64,000 nucleotides of DNA from Candidatus Stammera capleta (GTDB lineage Bacteria > Pseudomonadota > Gammaproteobacteria > Enterobacterales > Enterobacteriaceae): assembly GCA_036689285.1 (NCBI GenBank), contig CP144782.1:129580-193579 (forward strand), written 5' to 3'. The notes below the pieces were generated by a model that saw nothing but the letters and a program-made list of their open reading frames with translations, did not search any database and was not told the DNA's origin. Below are positions 50,000 to 63,415 of the stretch, in pieces. The position numbers and the translations under genes are program-made. Each line of letters opens with the position of its first letter. Position 1 is the stretch's first letter.

Positions 50000-50974
50000 A
50001 TGTTAAATTTAATAAATAAAATCAAAAAAAAAATAAAAAAAATAAAAAAAATAAAAAAAATTAAATTATTAAAAAAAATTTATACTAAATATTTAGGTAA
50101 AAAAGGATATTTTAATAAAATTATGAAATTATTTTATAATATACCGATTAAAAATAAACCTAAAATAGGTAAAAAAATAAATAAAATTAAAAAAAAATTA
50201 ATATATTTAATTAATAAAAAAAAAATATTTTTAAAAAAAAAAAAACAAAAAAAAAATATTTTTTTTGATTTATCATTACCAGGAAAAAAAAATATATTAT
50301 ATGGTAATTTACATCCAATTACTATTTCAATTAATAAAATAGAACAATTTTTTAATGAATTAGGATTTATAACAATAAATAATAAAGAAATAGAAAATAC
50401 ATATTACAATTTTAATGCATTAAATATAAATAAAAATCATCCATCAAGATCAAAAAAAGATACATTTTGAATTAATCATAAAAAATTATTAAGAACACAA
50501 ACATCTAGTATACAAATTAAATTTATGAAAAACAAAAAACCTCCTATTAAAGGAATATCTATAGGATGTGTTTTTAGAAGAGATTATGATAAAATACATA
50601 CACCTATGTTTCATCAAATAGAAGTATTTTTAGTTGATTATAATATTAATTTTTGTAACTTAATTTATATAATAAAAAATCTTTTAAAAATGTTTTTTGA
50701 AAAAAAAATTAATTTTAAAATAATTCCATCATATTTTCCTTTTACTGAACCTTCAGCAGAAATATATATAAAAAATAAAAAAAATAAATGAATTGAAATA
50801 ATAGGTTGTGGATTAATACATCCTAAAATTTTAAAAAATGTAAATATAAATAACAAAAAATATTCAGGATTAGCATTAGGAATAGGAATAGAAAGATTAA
50901 CAATGATAAAATATAAAATATCTAATATTAAAACATTATATAAAAATAATATAAAATTCTTAAATCAATTTTAA
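50000..50974 (+). CDS. pheS: Phenylalanyl-tRNA synthetase alpha subunit
   Basis: LHPITISINKIEQFF..LGF, NFNALNINKNHPSR, LLRTQTSSIQI, CVFRRDYD..HTPMFHQIE, YFPFTEPSAE and SGLALGIGIERLTMIKY. Fragments are in frame. 324 aa versus 327. Confidence 0.92.
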
Positions 50975-50979
50975 AAAAA

Positions 50980-53244
50980 ATGAAATTTTATATAAAATGA
51001 ATTAAAACATATATAAACAATAAATTAAATTTAAAAAATATTAAAAATATTTTAAATAAAAATGGTTTTGAAACAAATATTAATTACATACCTCAAAATT
51101 ATATTAAAACTAAAATAATAAATATAAAAAAAATAAATAATAATATTTATAATTTAAATATTATAATAAATAATTTAAATAAAAATTTAAATATAAAACT
51201 TAAAAAAAATATTTTACAATATAAATACATATGATTAAATAGTAATTTATATAAAAAAATAAATAAAAATAAAATATTTACAATAATAAAACAAAAAATA
51301 AAAAATAAATATATTTTATTATTATATAATAATATACAATCATATAAAAATATTAAATTTTTAGAAATTAATATTCCATATAATAGAATTGAATGTAATA
51401 ATATATATAATATTTCAAAAGAAATATGTATTTTAACTAAAAAAAAATTTATTGAAAAAAAAATTATAATAAATATAAAAAAAAATAATAAATATAAATT
51501 AAATATTAAAATTTCAAAAAAAAATATAAAATATTTCGAAAATTATAAATATATAATAATTAAAAATATAAAATATAATAATAAAAAAATTATACCTAAT
51601 TATATATATAATAGATTAGAAAATATGGGATTTATAATTAATAATAATATTTTTGATATAATTAATTATACATCTATAGAATTTGGACACATAAATATGT
51701 GTTTAGATTATGATAAAATTAAAAAAAATAAATTATTTATAAAAATAAAAAAAAAATATAATAAATCACAAAAAAATATAATAATAACAACTAAAAAAAA
51801 AATAATTATAAAAAATTATATAAAATATAATAAAAAATTTATTCCTAATTACAAAACAAAAAATATTATATTAATATCAATATTATTTAATAAAAATTTT
51901 ATAAAAAAAAACTATAATAAAAATAAATTTAATTTACAAATATATAATAATAATATAAATAAAAAGATCCAAGATATATCAATAAAAAAAACATCATATA
52001 TAATAAAAAATATTTGAAAAAGTAAAAAAATATTATTTAAAACAATAAAAATTAATAAAACAAAAAAAAAAAAAATTAAAATTAATTTTTCAGAAATTAA
52101 TAAAAAAATAGGATTTAAAATAAAAAAAAAAATAATATTTAATATATTAAAAAAAATAAATTGTAAAATTATAAATAAAAAAAAATATATACTAATATTA
52201 CATCACAAAAATAGATATGATTTAAATATAAAAGAAGATTTTATTGAAGAAATAATAAAATTTTATGGATTTAAAAATATTAAAAATAAAAAAATTAAAA
52301 ATATTTTAAAAATAGAAAAACAAAATCAATATACAAAAAATATAAATAATATAAAAATATTTTTATCTAATATTGGATATAAAGAAATTATCAATTTTCA
52401 TTTTAGTAATAAAATTTTAGAAAATATATTTTTTAATAATAAAAAATATATAAAAATTAAAAATCCAATATTAAAAAAAATGTCAATCTTAAGAACATCA
52501 TTAATACCTGAACTAATAAATAATATAATATATAATTCAAAAAGAAAAAACAATAATATTAAATTTTTTGAAATAGGTACATGTTATAAAAAAAAAAATA
52601 AAAAAATAAAATTTCAAAAAAAAATATCTTTAATAATATACGGGTTAAATAATACAAAAAATTGAAATATAAAACAAAATATATTTAATTTTTATGATAT
52701 TAAAGGAGATTTAGAATTATTATTAAAAAAACAAAAAAAAAATAAATTTTTTTATTTAAAAAAAAGTAAATATAATTTTTTAGATAAAAAATTAAATGCT
52801 TATATATATATAAAAAATAAAAAAATTGGATTTATAGGAATGATTAATAAAAAAATACAAAAATATTTACTAATAAAATATCCTATATTTTTATTAGAAA
52901 TAAAATTAAAATATATAATATATCCTAATAAAAATAAAATTAAAAAAATATCAAAATTTCCTTATAATGAAAGAGATATAACTCTAATAATAAATAATAA
53001 AATATCTATATATAAAATAATTTATACATTAAAAAAAATCAAAAAAATAAAAAAAATTAATATTATTAATATATTTTTAAATAATAAATTACAAAAATTA
53101 AAAAAAAAAAATATTACATTAAATTTAATTATACAAGATAATAAAAAAACATTAAAAGAAATAGAAATTAATAATCTAATTGATAAATGTAAATATATAC
53201 TTAAAAAAAAATTTAATGCATTAATAGATAAAAAAATAGAATAA
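50980..53244 (+). CDS. pheT: Phenylalanyl-tRNA synthetase beta subunit
   Basis: MKFYIK-W-IKTYIN..L.....ILNKNGFE matches the E. coli PheT N-terminus (MKFSELWLREWVN...ITMAGLEV). It sits directly after pheS. Four ORF-track fragments are in one frame. RYDLNIKEDFIEEIIKFYGF and MSILRTSLIPELI are typical B5/B6 region motifs. 754 aa versus 795. Confidence 0.85.
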
Positions 53245-53352
53245 TAAATATTTTATATATATAAAATATAAATATATATTAAATTCAAAATATATATATA
53301 TAAAATATTTTTTATAATAATATAACTATATTCTTAAATTTTTAAAAAAAAT

Positions 53353-54066
53353 ATGAAAATAATATTTAAAAAATATTTAATTAAAATTAAAAATAAAAAA
53401 AAATTACCAATATTATGTTCATACAAAAAAAATAATAATAAAAAAATAATAATAATTTTACATGAAATATTTGGTTTAAATAATCATATAAAATATATAT
53501 GTAAAAAATTAAATAAAAATAATTATATTACTATATCACCAAATTTATTTTTTGAAATTAAAAATATAAAATTAAATAAAAATATTAATGATTTAAGAAA
53601 AAAAATAAATAATTTATCTGATAAAAAAGTAATTAATAATTTAAATTATTTAATTTATTGAATAAAAAAAAAATTTAAAAATTATAAAATAGCAATAATA
53701 GGATTAAGTTGAGGAGGAAGAATAGCTTGATTATATTCATATTACAATAAAACAATAAAAACTTCTATTATATTATATGGTAGAATAAACAATATTAAAA
53801 ATTCTAAACATCCTATACATCCAATAAATTTAATTAATAAAATAAAAATACCAGCACTAGGAATATATGCTAAAAATGATAAAATAATAAATAAAAAAGA
53901 TATATATAATTTAAAAAAAAATATAACAAATAAAAAAATAAAAATAATTATATATAAAAATTCAAAACATAATTTTTTAAATAAAGATTATAAAAATTAT
54001 AATAAATATACATCTAAAAAAACTTGAAAAAAAATATTAAATTGATTTAATAAATATATTAAATAA
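53353..54066 (+). CDS. ysgA: Dienelactone hydrolase family protein (YsgA-like carboxymethylenebutenolidase homologue)
   Basis: IIILHEIFGLNNHIKYICKKLNKNNYITISPNLFF matches the DLH N-terminal signature (V.QEIFGV..HI.D.CRRLA..GY.A.AP.LY). Candidate nucleophile region IAIIGLS-W-GG. C-terminal KHNF (catalytic His region). Joined through TGAs. Confidence 0.6.
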
Positions 54067-54088
54067 TATATTTAATTGGAAATTAATA

Positions 54089-54826
54089 ATGAAAAAACAT
54101 AATAATAATTATTACGACTGAAATAATAAAAATAATCTTTTTATATATATGAGTAATGTATATGGATGAATGTCTTTAGGACTTTTATTAACTGCATTTA
54201 TATCATGATATACTACTAAAATTCCATTTATATTAGAATTAATATTTTTTAATAAATTTTTTATATTTATATTATTAATATCTCAATTAATAATAGTTTT
54301 AATACTATCTAATTATATTAATAAATTAACTGCACAAAACGCAATAATATTATTTATAATATATTCTATATTAACAGGATTATCAACATCAAGTATATTT
54401 TTAATATATACATATTCATCTATATTTATATCATTTTTAGTAACAAGTATAATGTTTGCTATAATGAGTATTTGAGGATATATAACAAAAAAAGATTTAA
54501 CTCAAATAGGTAATTTATCATTAATGTGTTTAGTAGGAATTATTATATCTAGTATATTAAATTTATTTTTACAAAATTCATATATTATATGAATAATATC
54601 ATATATTAATGTAATAATATTTACTATATTAACAGCATGAGATACACAAAAATTAAAAGAAATAGGTAATAATATAATATTAAAACATAAAAATCAATTA
54701 ATTAAATATTCTATTTTAGGAGCTTTATTATTATATTTAGATTTTATAAATATATATATATTAATACTAAGAATAATAGGGGTTAAAATAAATAATAAAA
54801 ATAAAAACAAAGAAGAAGAAAATTAA
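54089..54826 (+). CDS. ybhL: BAX-inhibitor-1/YccA family inner-membrane protein YbhL
   Basis: Not in the ORF track (TGAs). MSNVYG-W-MSLGLLLTAFIS-W-Y, ILFIIYSILTGLSTSSIF, FAIMSI-W-GYITKKDL and ILTA-W-DTQKLKEIG...IKYSILGALLLYLDFINIYILILRI match E. coli YbhL (MAQVYGWMTVGLLLTAFVAWY..TAYDTQKLKNMG..RKYSILGALTLYLDFINLFLMLLRI). Confidence 0.85.
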
Positions 54827-54833
54827 TTTTTAA

Positions 54834-54868
54834 ATACCTTCTTAATTTTAATAAATATAAGAAGGTAT
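54834..54868. terminator. Perfect 11-bp hairpin between convergent ybhL and ppa (probable bidirectional terminator)
   Basis: ATACCTTCTTA (54834-54844), a 13-nt loop, then TAAGAAGGTAT (54858-54868). T and A runs lie on both sides. Confidence 0.65.
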
Positions 54869-54887
54869 AATTAATTAAATTAATAAT

Positions 54888-55415
54888 TTATTTTTTATAA
54901 TTTTTAATAGATTTTAATATATAATCTTTAGCTTTACTAATACAATATCAATTATCAAGTTCAACTCATTTATCTTTATTAAAATTTTTATAATTTTGAA
55001 AAAAAAAATATATTTTATCTAAAATAAAATTAGAAATATCAGATATATCATGAATATTGTCATATTCATTAGATATATTAAAATTAGGTACAGCTATAAT
55101 TTTATTATCTTTACCAAATTCATCTTTCATTTTTAATAAACCTATAGGTCGACAATGTATAATTGAACCTACAATAATAGGATAATTATTTATTAAAACA
55201 ACATCTAATTCATCACCATCATTACATAACGTTTTATTAATATATCCATAATTAAAAGGATAAAAAATTGGGGGGTTAACAAATCTATCTACAAAAATAC
55301 AATTATAATTACTATTAATTTCATATTTAATTAATGAACTACCATAAGAAATTTCTATAATAACAAAAATATCATTAGGTATATCAATACCAGAAGGTAT
55401 TTTATTTAAAAACAT
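54888..55415 (-). CDS. ppa: Inorganic pyrophosphatase
   Basis: IFVIIEIS.GS.IKYEI......IFVDRF......YPFNYGYINKTL..DGDELDVVL........GSIIHCRPIGLLKM.DE.G.D.KIIAVP matches E. coli Ppa. Extended through TGA at 54966-54968 (KDK-W-VELDN-W-). 175 aa versus 176. Confidence 0.93.
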
Positions 55416-55509
55416 AATTAAGATTACCTCAAAATTTATAAATAAAAAATTTATTGATTTAAATTATATATAACATATAATTATATATATTTATTTAATA
55501 AAATATAAT

Positions 55510-56862
55510 ATGAATATAATAAAAAAAATATACAATAAAAAAAATTTTTATAAAAAAAAAATTATAGAAATATATAATTTTATAAAATTATATATAAAAT
55601 CTAATATACAAATTAATATTAAAATAATAATAGAAAAAGAAATTAAAATAAAAAATCAAAAAATAGAAAATATAGAAAATAAAAATGAAAAAATAATAAA
55701 TATTAATATATATAAAAATAATAAAAAATGTACATTTATATGTAATAATTTTGAAAAATTAACATTATTACAATTTATTAATTATATCAATAATACTATA
55801 CAATTTACATCTAAAGATAAATATAATAAATTACCAAATAAAAAAATATTTATAAAAAAAAATAAAAAAAATTTAGGATTAATATTTAATGATAATATTA
55901 GTACTAAAAATATAATTAATTTATGTAAAAATATAGAAAAAAATTCTATACAATTAAACAAAAATATATTTAATGATGGAGTTATATTTAAAAAAAACAT
56001 ATACTATAATTTTATATATAATAATTATAAAAAAATTAAATATTATATTACTAAAAATTATACTTTAATAAATAATATATTTTTAAAAACTAAAAAAAAT
56101 ATGGAATATATAACTAAATATATAATTACACACAAATTATCAGATTTATTATATTATTCACATACATTACCTAAAAAAACATATAAAGAAATAATTAAAA
56201 AAAAAAATCCTAAAAAAATTAAAACTCAAAAATTACCAGTTATATTTAATAATGAAACTAGTTCAGAAATATTTAATTATTTATATAAATCAATTAAAGG
56301 AATAAATATATATAACAAAACATCATTTTTAATAAATAAATTAAATAAAAAAATATTACCTAATTGATTAACTATAACAGAAGATCCACATTTATTTAAA
56401 GGTATAGGTACTAAACCATTTGATAACGAAGGATTAAATACAAAAAAATATATTTTAGTAAAAAATGGAATATTAAAAACATGAATATTAAATTCAAAAT
56501 ATTCTAAAAAATTAAAAATTAAAAATACTTTTAATTCAGGGGGAATACATAATTGATGTTTTAAAAATTATAAAGATAATATTGAATTTAAAGATTTAAT
56601 AAATAAAATTAAAAATGGTATTTTAATAGATAAATTATTAGGACAAGGAGTTAATATAAGTAATGGATTATTTTCTAAAGGTGCATCAGGATTTTTAATA
56701 AAAAATAAAAAAATTAAATATCCTATAAATGAAATAACTATATCTGGTAATTTAAATAAATTATTTAAAAATATTAAATATATGAGTAATGATATAAATT
56801 TATATTCTAATATAAGATCAGGTTCAATATTTATAAATAAAATACAAATATCTGGAAAATAA
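55510..56862 (+). CDS. pmbA: Metalloprotease PmbA (TldE)
   Basis: The C-terminal half -W-LTITEDPHLFKGIGTKPFDNEGL...NGILKT-W-ILNSKYS.KL.......GGIHN-W-...LLGQGVN..NG..S.GASGF.I.N..I.YP..EITISGNL.....NI..MSNDI....NI..GS matches E. coli PmbA. 450 aa, the same as E. coli. The N-terminal half is low complexity. Confidence 0.85.
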
Positions 56863-56876
56863 TTCAAATAAATTTT

Positions 56877-57965
56877 TTATATTAAATTATTACAATTAAA
56901 TTGTTTATATATATTTAAAAGATATTTAATAATATTTTTCTTACCAAAATCAATTCATATTCTAGGATCATAAAATTTTTTATTTGGTTTATAAATACCT
57001 TTAGGATTACCCAATTGAGATTTTAAATAATATTTATTATTTTTATAATAATTTAAAATACCTTTTCAATAATTTCATTGTATATTGGTATCTAAATTAA
57101 TTTTTACTATTCCATAACTTATAGATTCTTTAATAATTATATTACTAGTCCCAGAACCTCCATGAAATACAAAATTTAATGGATTATTTTCTTTAATATT
57201 ATAAAATTTCTTAACTAATATTTGAGAATAAAATAATATTTTAGGATTTAAATTTATATTCCCCGGTTTATAAACACCATGTGTATTACCAAAAGAAGCT
57301 GCTATTAAAAAATTATTATTAATTTTAATTAATTTACTATAAGCATATAATATATCTTTAGGATTAGTATATAATCTATCACTAGATATTTTACTATTAT
57401 CTAAACCATCTTCTTCACCACCAGTACATCCTAATTCCATTTCTAAAAAAATATTTAATTTAGACATTTTATTTAAATAATAACAAGAAATATTTAAATT
57501 TTCTTTTATATCACAACTTGATAAATCTATCATATGTGATGTAAATAAAGATTTACCATAAGAATTATAATAATTTATATTATATTCTAATAAACCATCA
57601 ATTCATTTTAAATTATTTTTTATACAATGATCTGTATGTAAAATTACAGAAACATTATAAAAAATTGAAGCTTCATGTATATATAAAGCTGCTAGTATAG
57701 AACCTTTTATAGAAAAATTAATAGTATTACTATTATTATTATCATTAAATTTTCCTATAAAAAAATTTGAACCAGAAAAAGAAAACTGTATTATTACAAC
57801 AGTTTTAGCGATTCTAGCTGATTCTAATACAGAATTAATTATATTTGTATCTATACAATTAATAGCAGCTAAAGCTATATTTTTTTTTTTAATTAAATTA
57901 AATATTCTATTTAAAATATTTCCAGATATAACACCAGGTTTTAAAAAATTTAATAAATTACACAT
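56877..57965 (-). CDS. fbaA: Fructose-bisphosphate aldolase, class II
   Basis: MCNLLNFLKPGVISG..., NIALAAINC, VIIQFS, VILHTDHC...-W(TGA 57603-57605)-IDGLL, LFTSHMIDLS, LEMELGCTGGEEDG.DNS, IAASFGNTHGVYKPGN, NFVFHGGSG and KINLDTNIQ-W- are colinear with E. coli FbaA. I prefer ATG at 57965 over the ORF-track TTG at 57980, because it aligns with E. coli MSKIFDFVKPGV. Confidence 0.93.
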
Positions 57966-58018
57966 AAAATAAATAATCAAACATTATATAAAAATAATTA
58001 ATAATTTTAAAAATTTAA

Positions 58019-59179
58019 TTATACTTTTTGTAAAACATCAAAAATTGGTAAACTTTTATTTTCAATAAAATTTAAAAAAGCTCCTCCTCCTGTAGAAATA
58101 TAAGAAATTTTATCTTCTATATTAAATAATTCTATAGCAGATATAGTATCACCACCACCTGCTATTATAAATGCATTACTATCTACAATTGCTTTAGAAA
58201 TAATTTTAGTACCTTTTCTAAAATTTAAAAATTCAAAAACACCTAATGGTCCATTTCATAATATAGTTTTGGCTTTAATTATAATATTATAAAATAATTC
58301 AATAGTTTTATCTCCTAAATCCATAATTTCTTCATTATAAGAAATATTATTTAATTCTTTATTATATGATTTAGATAATTCAGAAAATTCTTTACCTACT
58401 CTACAATCTAAAGGAAAAGGAATATTATTATATTTATTTATTAATTTATTAGCTAAATTTATATAATTAGGTTCATATAAAGATTTACCTACATTATATT
58501 TAGTAGCTATAAAAGTATTAGATATACCTCCACCAACAATCAAATAATCAGAAATATTAGATAATGTATTCAAAAAATTAAATTTAGTAGATATTTTTGC
58601 TCCTCCCACTATTGAAACTAAAGGTCTTTTAGGATTAGAAATTATTTTAGACAAAGATTTAATTTCAGAATCAAATAATAAACCTATACAAGAAATTTTA
58701 CAAAAACTACAAATACCATAAATTGAAGAATGTATACGATGAGCAGATGCAAAAGCATCCATAATAAAAACATCACATAATTTAGAATATTCTTTAGATA
58801 AATTTAAATCATTTTTACATTCACCTTTATTAAATCTAACATTTTCTAATAAAATTATTTCATTATTATAAAAATTAAAATTTATATTATTATATAAATA
58901 ATTTCTTATTAACTTTACAGGAATATTTAAAATATTTTCTATTTCTTTAGCTATTGGTAATAAAGTATATTTACTATCATAATAACCTTCTTTAGGTCTA
59001 CCTAAATGAGAAGCTAAAATTATTTTTGAACCTTTTTTAATTGCTTCTTTAATAGTAGGTATAGATAATATAATTCTTTTATTAGATAAAATACAATTAT
59101 TTTTTATAGGTACATTTAAATCTAATCTAATTAAAACTTTTTTATTAAATAAATCTACATCTTTCATATTTAATAACAT
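58019..59179 (-). CDS. pgk: Phosphoglycerate kinase
   Basis: [26 protein letters not shown]...SHLGRPKEG matches the E. coli Pgk N-terminus. The C-terminus recovered past TGA 58256-58258 is [10 protein letters not shown].NFRKGTK...IAGGGDT..AI......[22 protein letters not shown] at 59179 is preferred over the ORF-track TTG at 59191. 386 aa versus 387. Confidence 0.93.
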
Positions 59180-59735
59180 ATTAAAATTCAACCTTTTTTT
59201 TTTAAATTAATAAATTAATATTTTATTAAAAATTAAATTAATTTAATTAAATTATATAATAAAATATTTTTTTTAAAATTAATATATATAAATATCTTAA
59301 ATTATATATTAAAAATTAAAATATATAATTATATTAATAATATATATAAACTAAATATTAATTATTTTAAATAAAATTTAATATTAATATTTAATATTTT
59401 ATATAAATTATACTTAAAATTACTATAATAATTTATTAATTTATATAAAAATTTTTAAATATTTTATTACATTTTTAAATATTTTTATATATATAAAAAT
59501 TTATAATAATAAAAAATATATATATTTAAAATAAAAATATTAAATTAATTAAAATCATATAAAAAAATTTAATATATAAAAAAAAATATTTAATATATAT
59601 AAAATATATATATATAAATAATTTTAAAAAATATATTAATATTTTTAATTATATTAATTAATATATAATTAAAGATTTATAAATTATTAAATATATATAA
59701 ATTTAAATTAAAAATATATTTAAATAATTTAATAA

Positions 59736-60650
59736 TTAAACTTTAACAATATAAAAATCATAAGCTATAAAAGTATTAGAAAAAATTTTATTACAATTTA
59801 ATAAAATATTTTTTAAATCTTTAAATTTATATCTAGCACTAATATGTGTTATAATTAACTTTTTTACATTATATTTTTTAGCTATTAAAGCAGCTTGAAT
59901 ATTAGTAGAATGTCCTCTAATATTAGCTATATTTTGATATTTATCATGTAAAGTAGCTTCATGAATTAATAAATCAGCATTAAATAAACTTTTATAATAT
60001 CATTTTAACGGTGAAGTATCTCCTAAAATAAAAATTTTTTTACCTTTTATAGATTTACCTATATATTTTTTACAATTAATAAAATCACCATTTTTTAAAA
60101 ATATTTTATTATTATTCTTTATTTTTTTATATATAGGTCCAGGTAAAATACCATCACTAATTAATTTATTAACATTTAAAGAACCTTTTTTATCAAATTC
60201 TCTAATATAAAATCCATAACATTCTAAATTATGATTTAATTTAAAACAATTAACTTTAATTAAACCATCATTAAATATTTCACCTGATTTAATTTCATAA
60301 ATTTTAATAGGATAATTAATATATGATTTAGTAATTTTTAAAAAATATTTAATATATTTTTTAATTCCTTTACTACCATAAATTTCTAATAAATATTTTG
60401 AATTATTAATTGATATTGTAGTTAATAATCCAGGCAAACCTAATACATGATCACCATGTAAATGTGTTATAAAAATCTTCCTTATTTTGGTAATTTTAAT
60501 AGAAGACTTTAAAATTTGATGTTGAGTTGCTTCACCACAATCAAATAATCAAACTTCATAATTAGGAGAATCTAATACAAATGCTATACTTGTAACATTT
60601 CTTTTTAAAGTTGGACATCCAGCACTAGTACCTAAAAATTGAATAAACAT
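59736..60650 (-). CDS. rnz: Ribonuclease Z / RNase BN (metallo-beta-lactamase tRNA 3' processing nuclease)
   Basis: MFIQFLGTSAGCPTLKRNVTSIAF.......-W-LFDCGEATQHQIL.......I.KIFITHLHGDHVLGLPGLL, ...HNLECYGFYIRE.DK.G.LN...L...G..PGP.., ILGDT.P, LLIHEATL, RGHST...AA..A......KLIITHISARY. 304 aa versus 305 for E. coli Rbn (ElaC). Confidence 0.9.
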
Positions 60651-60867
60651 TTATATACCAAAATTTATATTATATAAAAATAAAATTTTAACTATATTTA
60701 AATTAAATATTAATAATTAATTATTAAATATAATTAATAATAAATATTATATAAACTAAATTATATATTAAAATAACTTAAATTAATTAAATATAATTAT
60801 ATTTATAAAAAAATATAAATTATTTATATGATAATATAAATATAAAATAAATTAATAAATAAAAATT

Positions 60868-61791
60868 ATGATTAAAAAAATAGGTATCTTAACTAGTGGT
60901 GGAGATAGTCCAGGAATGAATTCAGCTATAAGAAGTATAGTTATAAATTCAATTAAAAATAATATATTAGTATATGGAATATTTGATGGATATAAAGGAT
61001 TATATAAAAATAAAATTAAATTATTAAATTATAAAGATGTTAATAATATAATTGATAAAAGTGGTACTATATTAAGATCATCAAGATTTAAAAAATTAAA
61101 AAAATATAAAATTAGAAAAAAAATTATTAATAATATTAAAAATAAAATAGACGCTTTAATAATTATTGGAGGAGAAGGATCATATAAAGGAGCAATAAAA
61201 TTAAATAAAATGAATCTTCCTTGTATTACTTTACCAGGAACTATAGATAATGATATATTTGGTACAGACTATACTATAGGATATAACAGTGCATTAGAAA
61301 CTATTGTACAATATATAGATAATCTAAAATATACTTTATTATCTCATAAAAGAATTCTAATATTAGAAGTAATGGGAAAAAAATGTGGTAAATTAGCATT
61401 ATATTCTTCTAAAGCTAGTGAAAATACTTATACTATAATACCAGAAAAAATTTTTAACGAAAAAAAATTAATTAATAAAATATTAATAAATAAAAAAAAA
61501 TATTTAATTATAATTGTAACCGAAAATATTATTAATATTAAAAATCTTGCTAAAAAAATAGAAAAAAAAACTAAAATAGAAACTAGATTTACATCATTAG
61601 GATATATACAAAGAAGTAATATACCCACAGCATTTGATAGAATTTTAGCTTTTAAAATGGGTAAATTTGCTATAAATTTAATTAAAAAAAATAAAACAGG
61701 AATATGTATAGGAATAAAAAATAATAAAATTATTAAATATAATTTTAATAAAATAAATAATAAAAATAATTTAAAATTTAAAAATATTTAA
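60868..61791 (+). CDS. pfkA: ATP-dependent 6-phosphofructokinase
   Basis: [67 protein letters not shown] and LGYIQR...PTAFDRILA are colinear with E. coli PfkA. Uninterrupted 307 aa ORF. Confidence 0.95.
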   Translation: MIKKIGILTSGGDSPGMNSAIRSIVINSIKNNILVYGIFDGYKGLYKNKIKLLNYKDVNNIIDKSGTILRSSRFKKLKKYKIRKKIINNIKNKIDALIIIGGEGSYKGAIKLNKMNLPCITLPGTIDNDIFGTDYTIGYNSALETIVQYIDNLKYTLLSHKRILILEVMGKKCGKLALYSSKASENTYTIIPEKIFNEKKLINKILINKKKYLIIIVTENIINIKNLAKKIEKKTKIETRFTSLGYIQRSNIPTAFDRILAFKMGKFAINLIKKNKTGICIGIKNNKIIKYNFNKINNKNNLKFKNI

Positions 61792-61795
61792 AATT

Positions 61796-63409
61796 ATGAT
61801 TAATAAAAATTTTATTTATAAAATTATAAATAAAGATATAAAAAATAATAAATATAAAAAAATAATAACAAGATTTGCACCTGAACCAAATGGTGTTTTA
61901 CATATAGGTCATGTTAAATCAATATACTTAAATTTTAATATTGCAAAATATTATAAAGGTAAATGTTACTTAAGATTTGATGATACTAATCCTGAAACAG
62001 AAAAAAAAATATATATTAAGAATATTAAAAAAGATATTAAATGATTAGGATTTAAATGAAATGGTAAAATTAAATATTCATCAGATTATTTTAATTTATA
62101 TTATAAATATGCAAAATTTTTAATTAATAAAGGATTAGCTTATATAGATGAACAAACACCTAAACAAATAAAAAAAAATAGAGGTAATTTTAAATATATT
62201 GGAATTAATAGTCCATTTAGAAATAGAAATATTAAAGAAAATTTAAAATTATTTAAAAATATGAAAAATGGATTATATAAAGAAAAAAGTTTATGTTTAA
62301 GAGCTAAAATTAATATGTCATCAAAAAATTTAATTTTAAGAGATCCTATTTTATATAGAATAAAATATAAATCTCATCCTAAAACTAAAAAAAAATGATG
62401 TATATATCCTATGTACGATTTTGCACATTGCATAGCTGATTCAATAGAAAAAATATCACATTCAATATGCACATTAGAATTTCAAAATAATAGATTTTTA
62501 TATAAATGAATATTAAAAAATATAAATATTAAACATATACCTAAACAATATGAATTTTCAAAATTAAATTTAACATATAATTTAACTTCAAAAAGAAAAA
62601 TAAAATATTTAATAAATAAAAAAATAATAGATGGATGAAATGATAAAAGAATATTAACAATATCAGGTTTAAGAAATAAAGGATATGATAATAAAACAAT
62701 TATAAATTTTTGTAAATATTTAGGTATAAGTAAACAAGAAAGTTTTATAAATATTTTAATATTAGAAAAACATTTAAAAAAAAAATTAAATAAAAATTCA
62801 GAAAGAAGAATAGCTGTATTAAATCCTATTAAAATTATATTAACTAATATAAAAAAAAAAATATCATTTAATATTTTTAAAAATCCAATTAATAAAAAAT
62901 TAGGTAAAAGAAAAATAAATTTATATAATAAAATATTTATAGACAAAAAAGATTTTAAAGAAACTAAAAAAAATATATTTAAAAAATTTACTTTAAAACA
63001 AAATGTAAAATTAAAATATGCAGGTATAATAAAAATTAAAAAAATTAAAAAAAATAATAAAAATAAAATAATTTATATTAAATGTAAATATTTTAAAAAA
63101 ATAAAAAAAAATATAAATAAAAAATTACATATTATACATTGAATTTCAAAAAAAGATTGTATATTAGCTAAATTTAGATTATTTAATAAATTATTTATTA
63201 ATAAATATCCAAATAAAATTAAAAATTTATTATCAATAATTAATAAAAATTCTATAATTATTAAAAAAGGCTATATTGAAAAAAATATTATAAATAATAA
63301 AAAAAATATATTTCAATTTGAAAGAGAAGGATATTTTAAACTTAATAATAAATTAAGTAAAAAAAAATTAATATTTGATAGAATAATAGAAATTAATAAT
63401 TATAAATAA
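61796..63409 (+). CDS. glnS: Glutaminyl-tRNA synthetase
   Basis: [42 protein letters not shown](TGA 62042-62044)-LGFK-W-, LCLRAKI.M.S......RDPILYRIK, [13 protein letters not shown].DS.E.I.HS.CTLEFQ.NR.LY.-W-, YEFS.LNL.Y...SKRK and FQFEREGYF. 537 aa versus 554. Confidence 0.94.
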
Positions 63410-63415
63410 TTTAAA

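Noticed and set aside
57966-57980. ORF-track TTG starts for fbaA (57980) and pgk (59191).
   Set aside because: The downstream ATGs at 57965 and 59179 align exactly with the E. coli N-termini (MSKIFDFVKPGV and MSVIKMTDLDL). For pgk, the AAGG ribosome-binding sequence abuts the TTG but is well spaced from the ATG.
62482-62946. Minus-strand 154-aa ORF. The same applies to 978-1199, 1239-1742, 10412-10603, 19211-19453, 30953-31216, 43952-44134, 49191-49397, 50665-50856, 55782-56000, 56568-56867 and 61428-61628.
   Set aside because: All of them lie antisense to, or out of frame within, strongly supported conserved genes (glnS, ychF, tyrS, dnaA, murJ, recC, infC, pheS, pmbA, pfkA). They have low-complexity hydrophobic composition and are most simply chance open frames.
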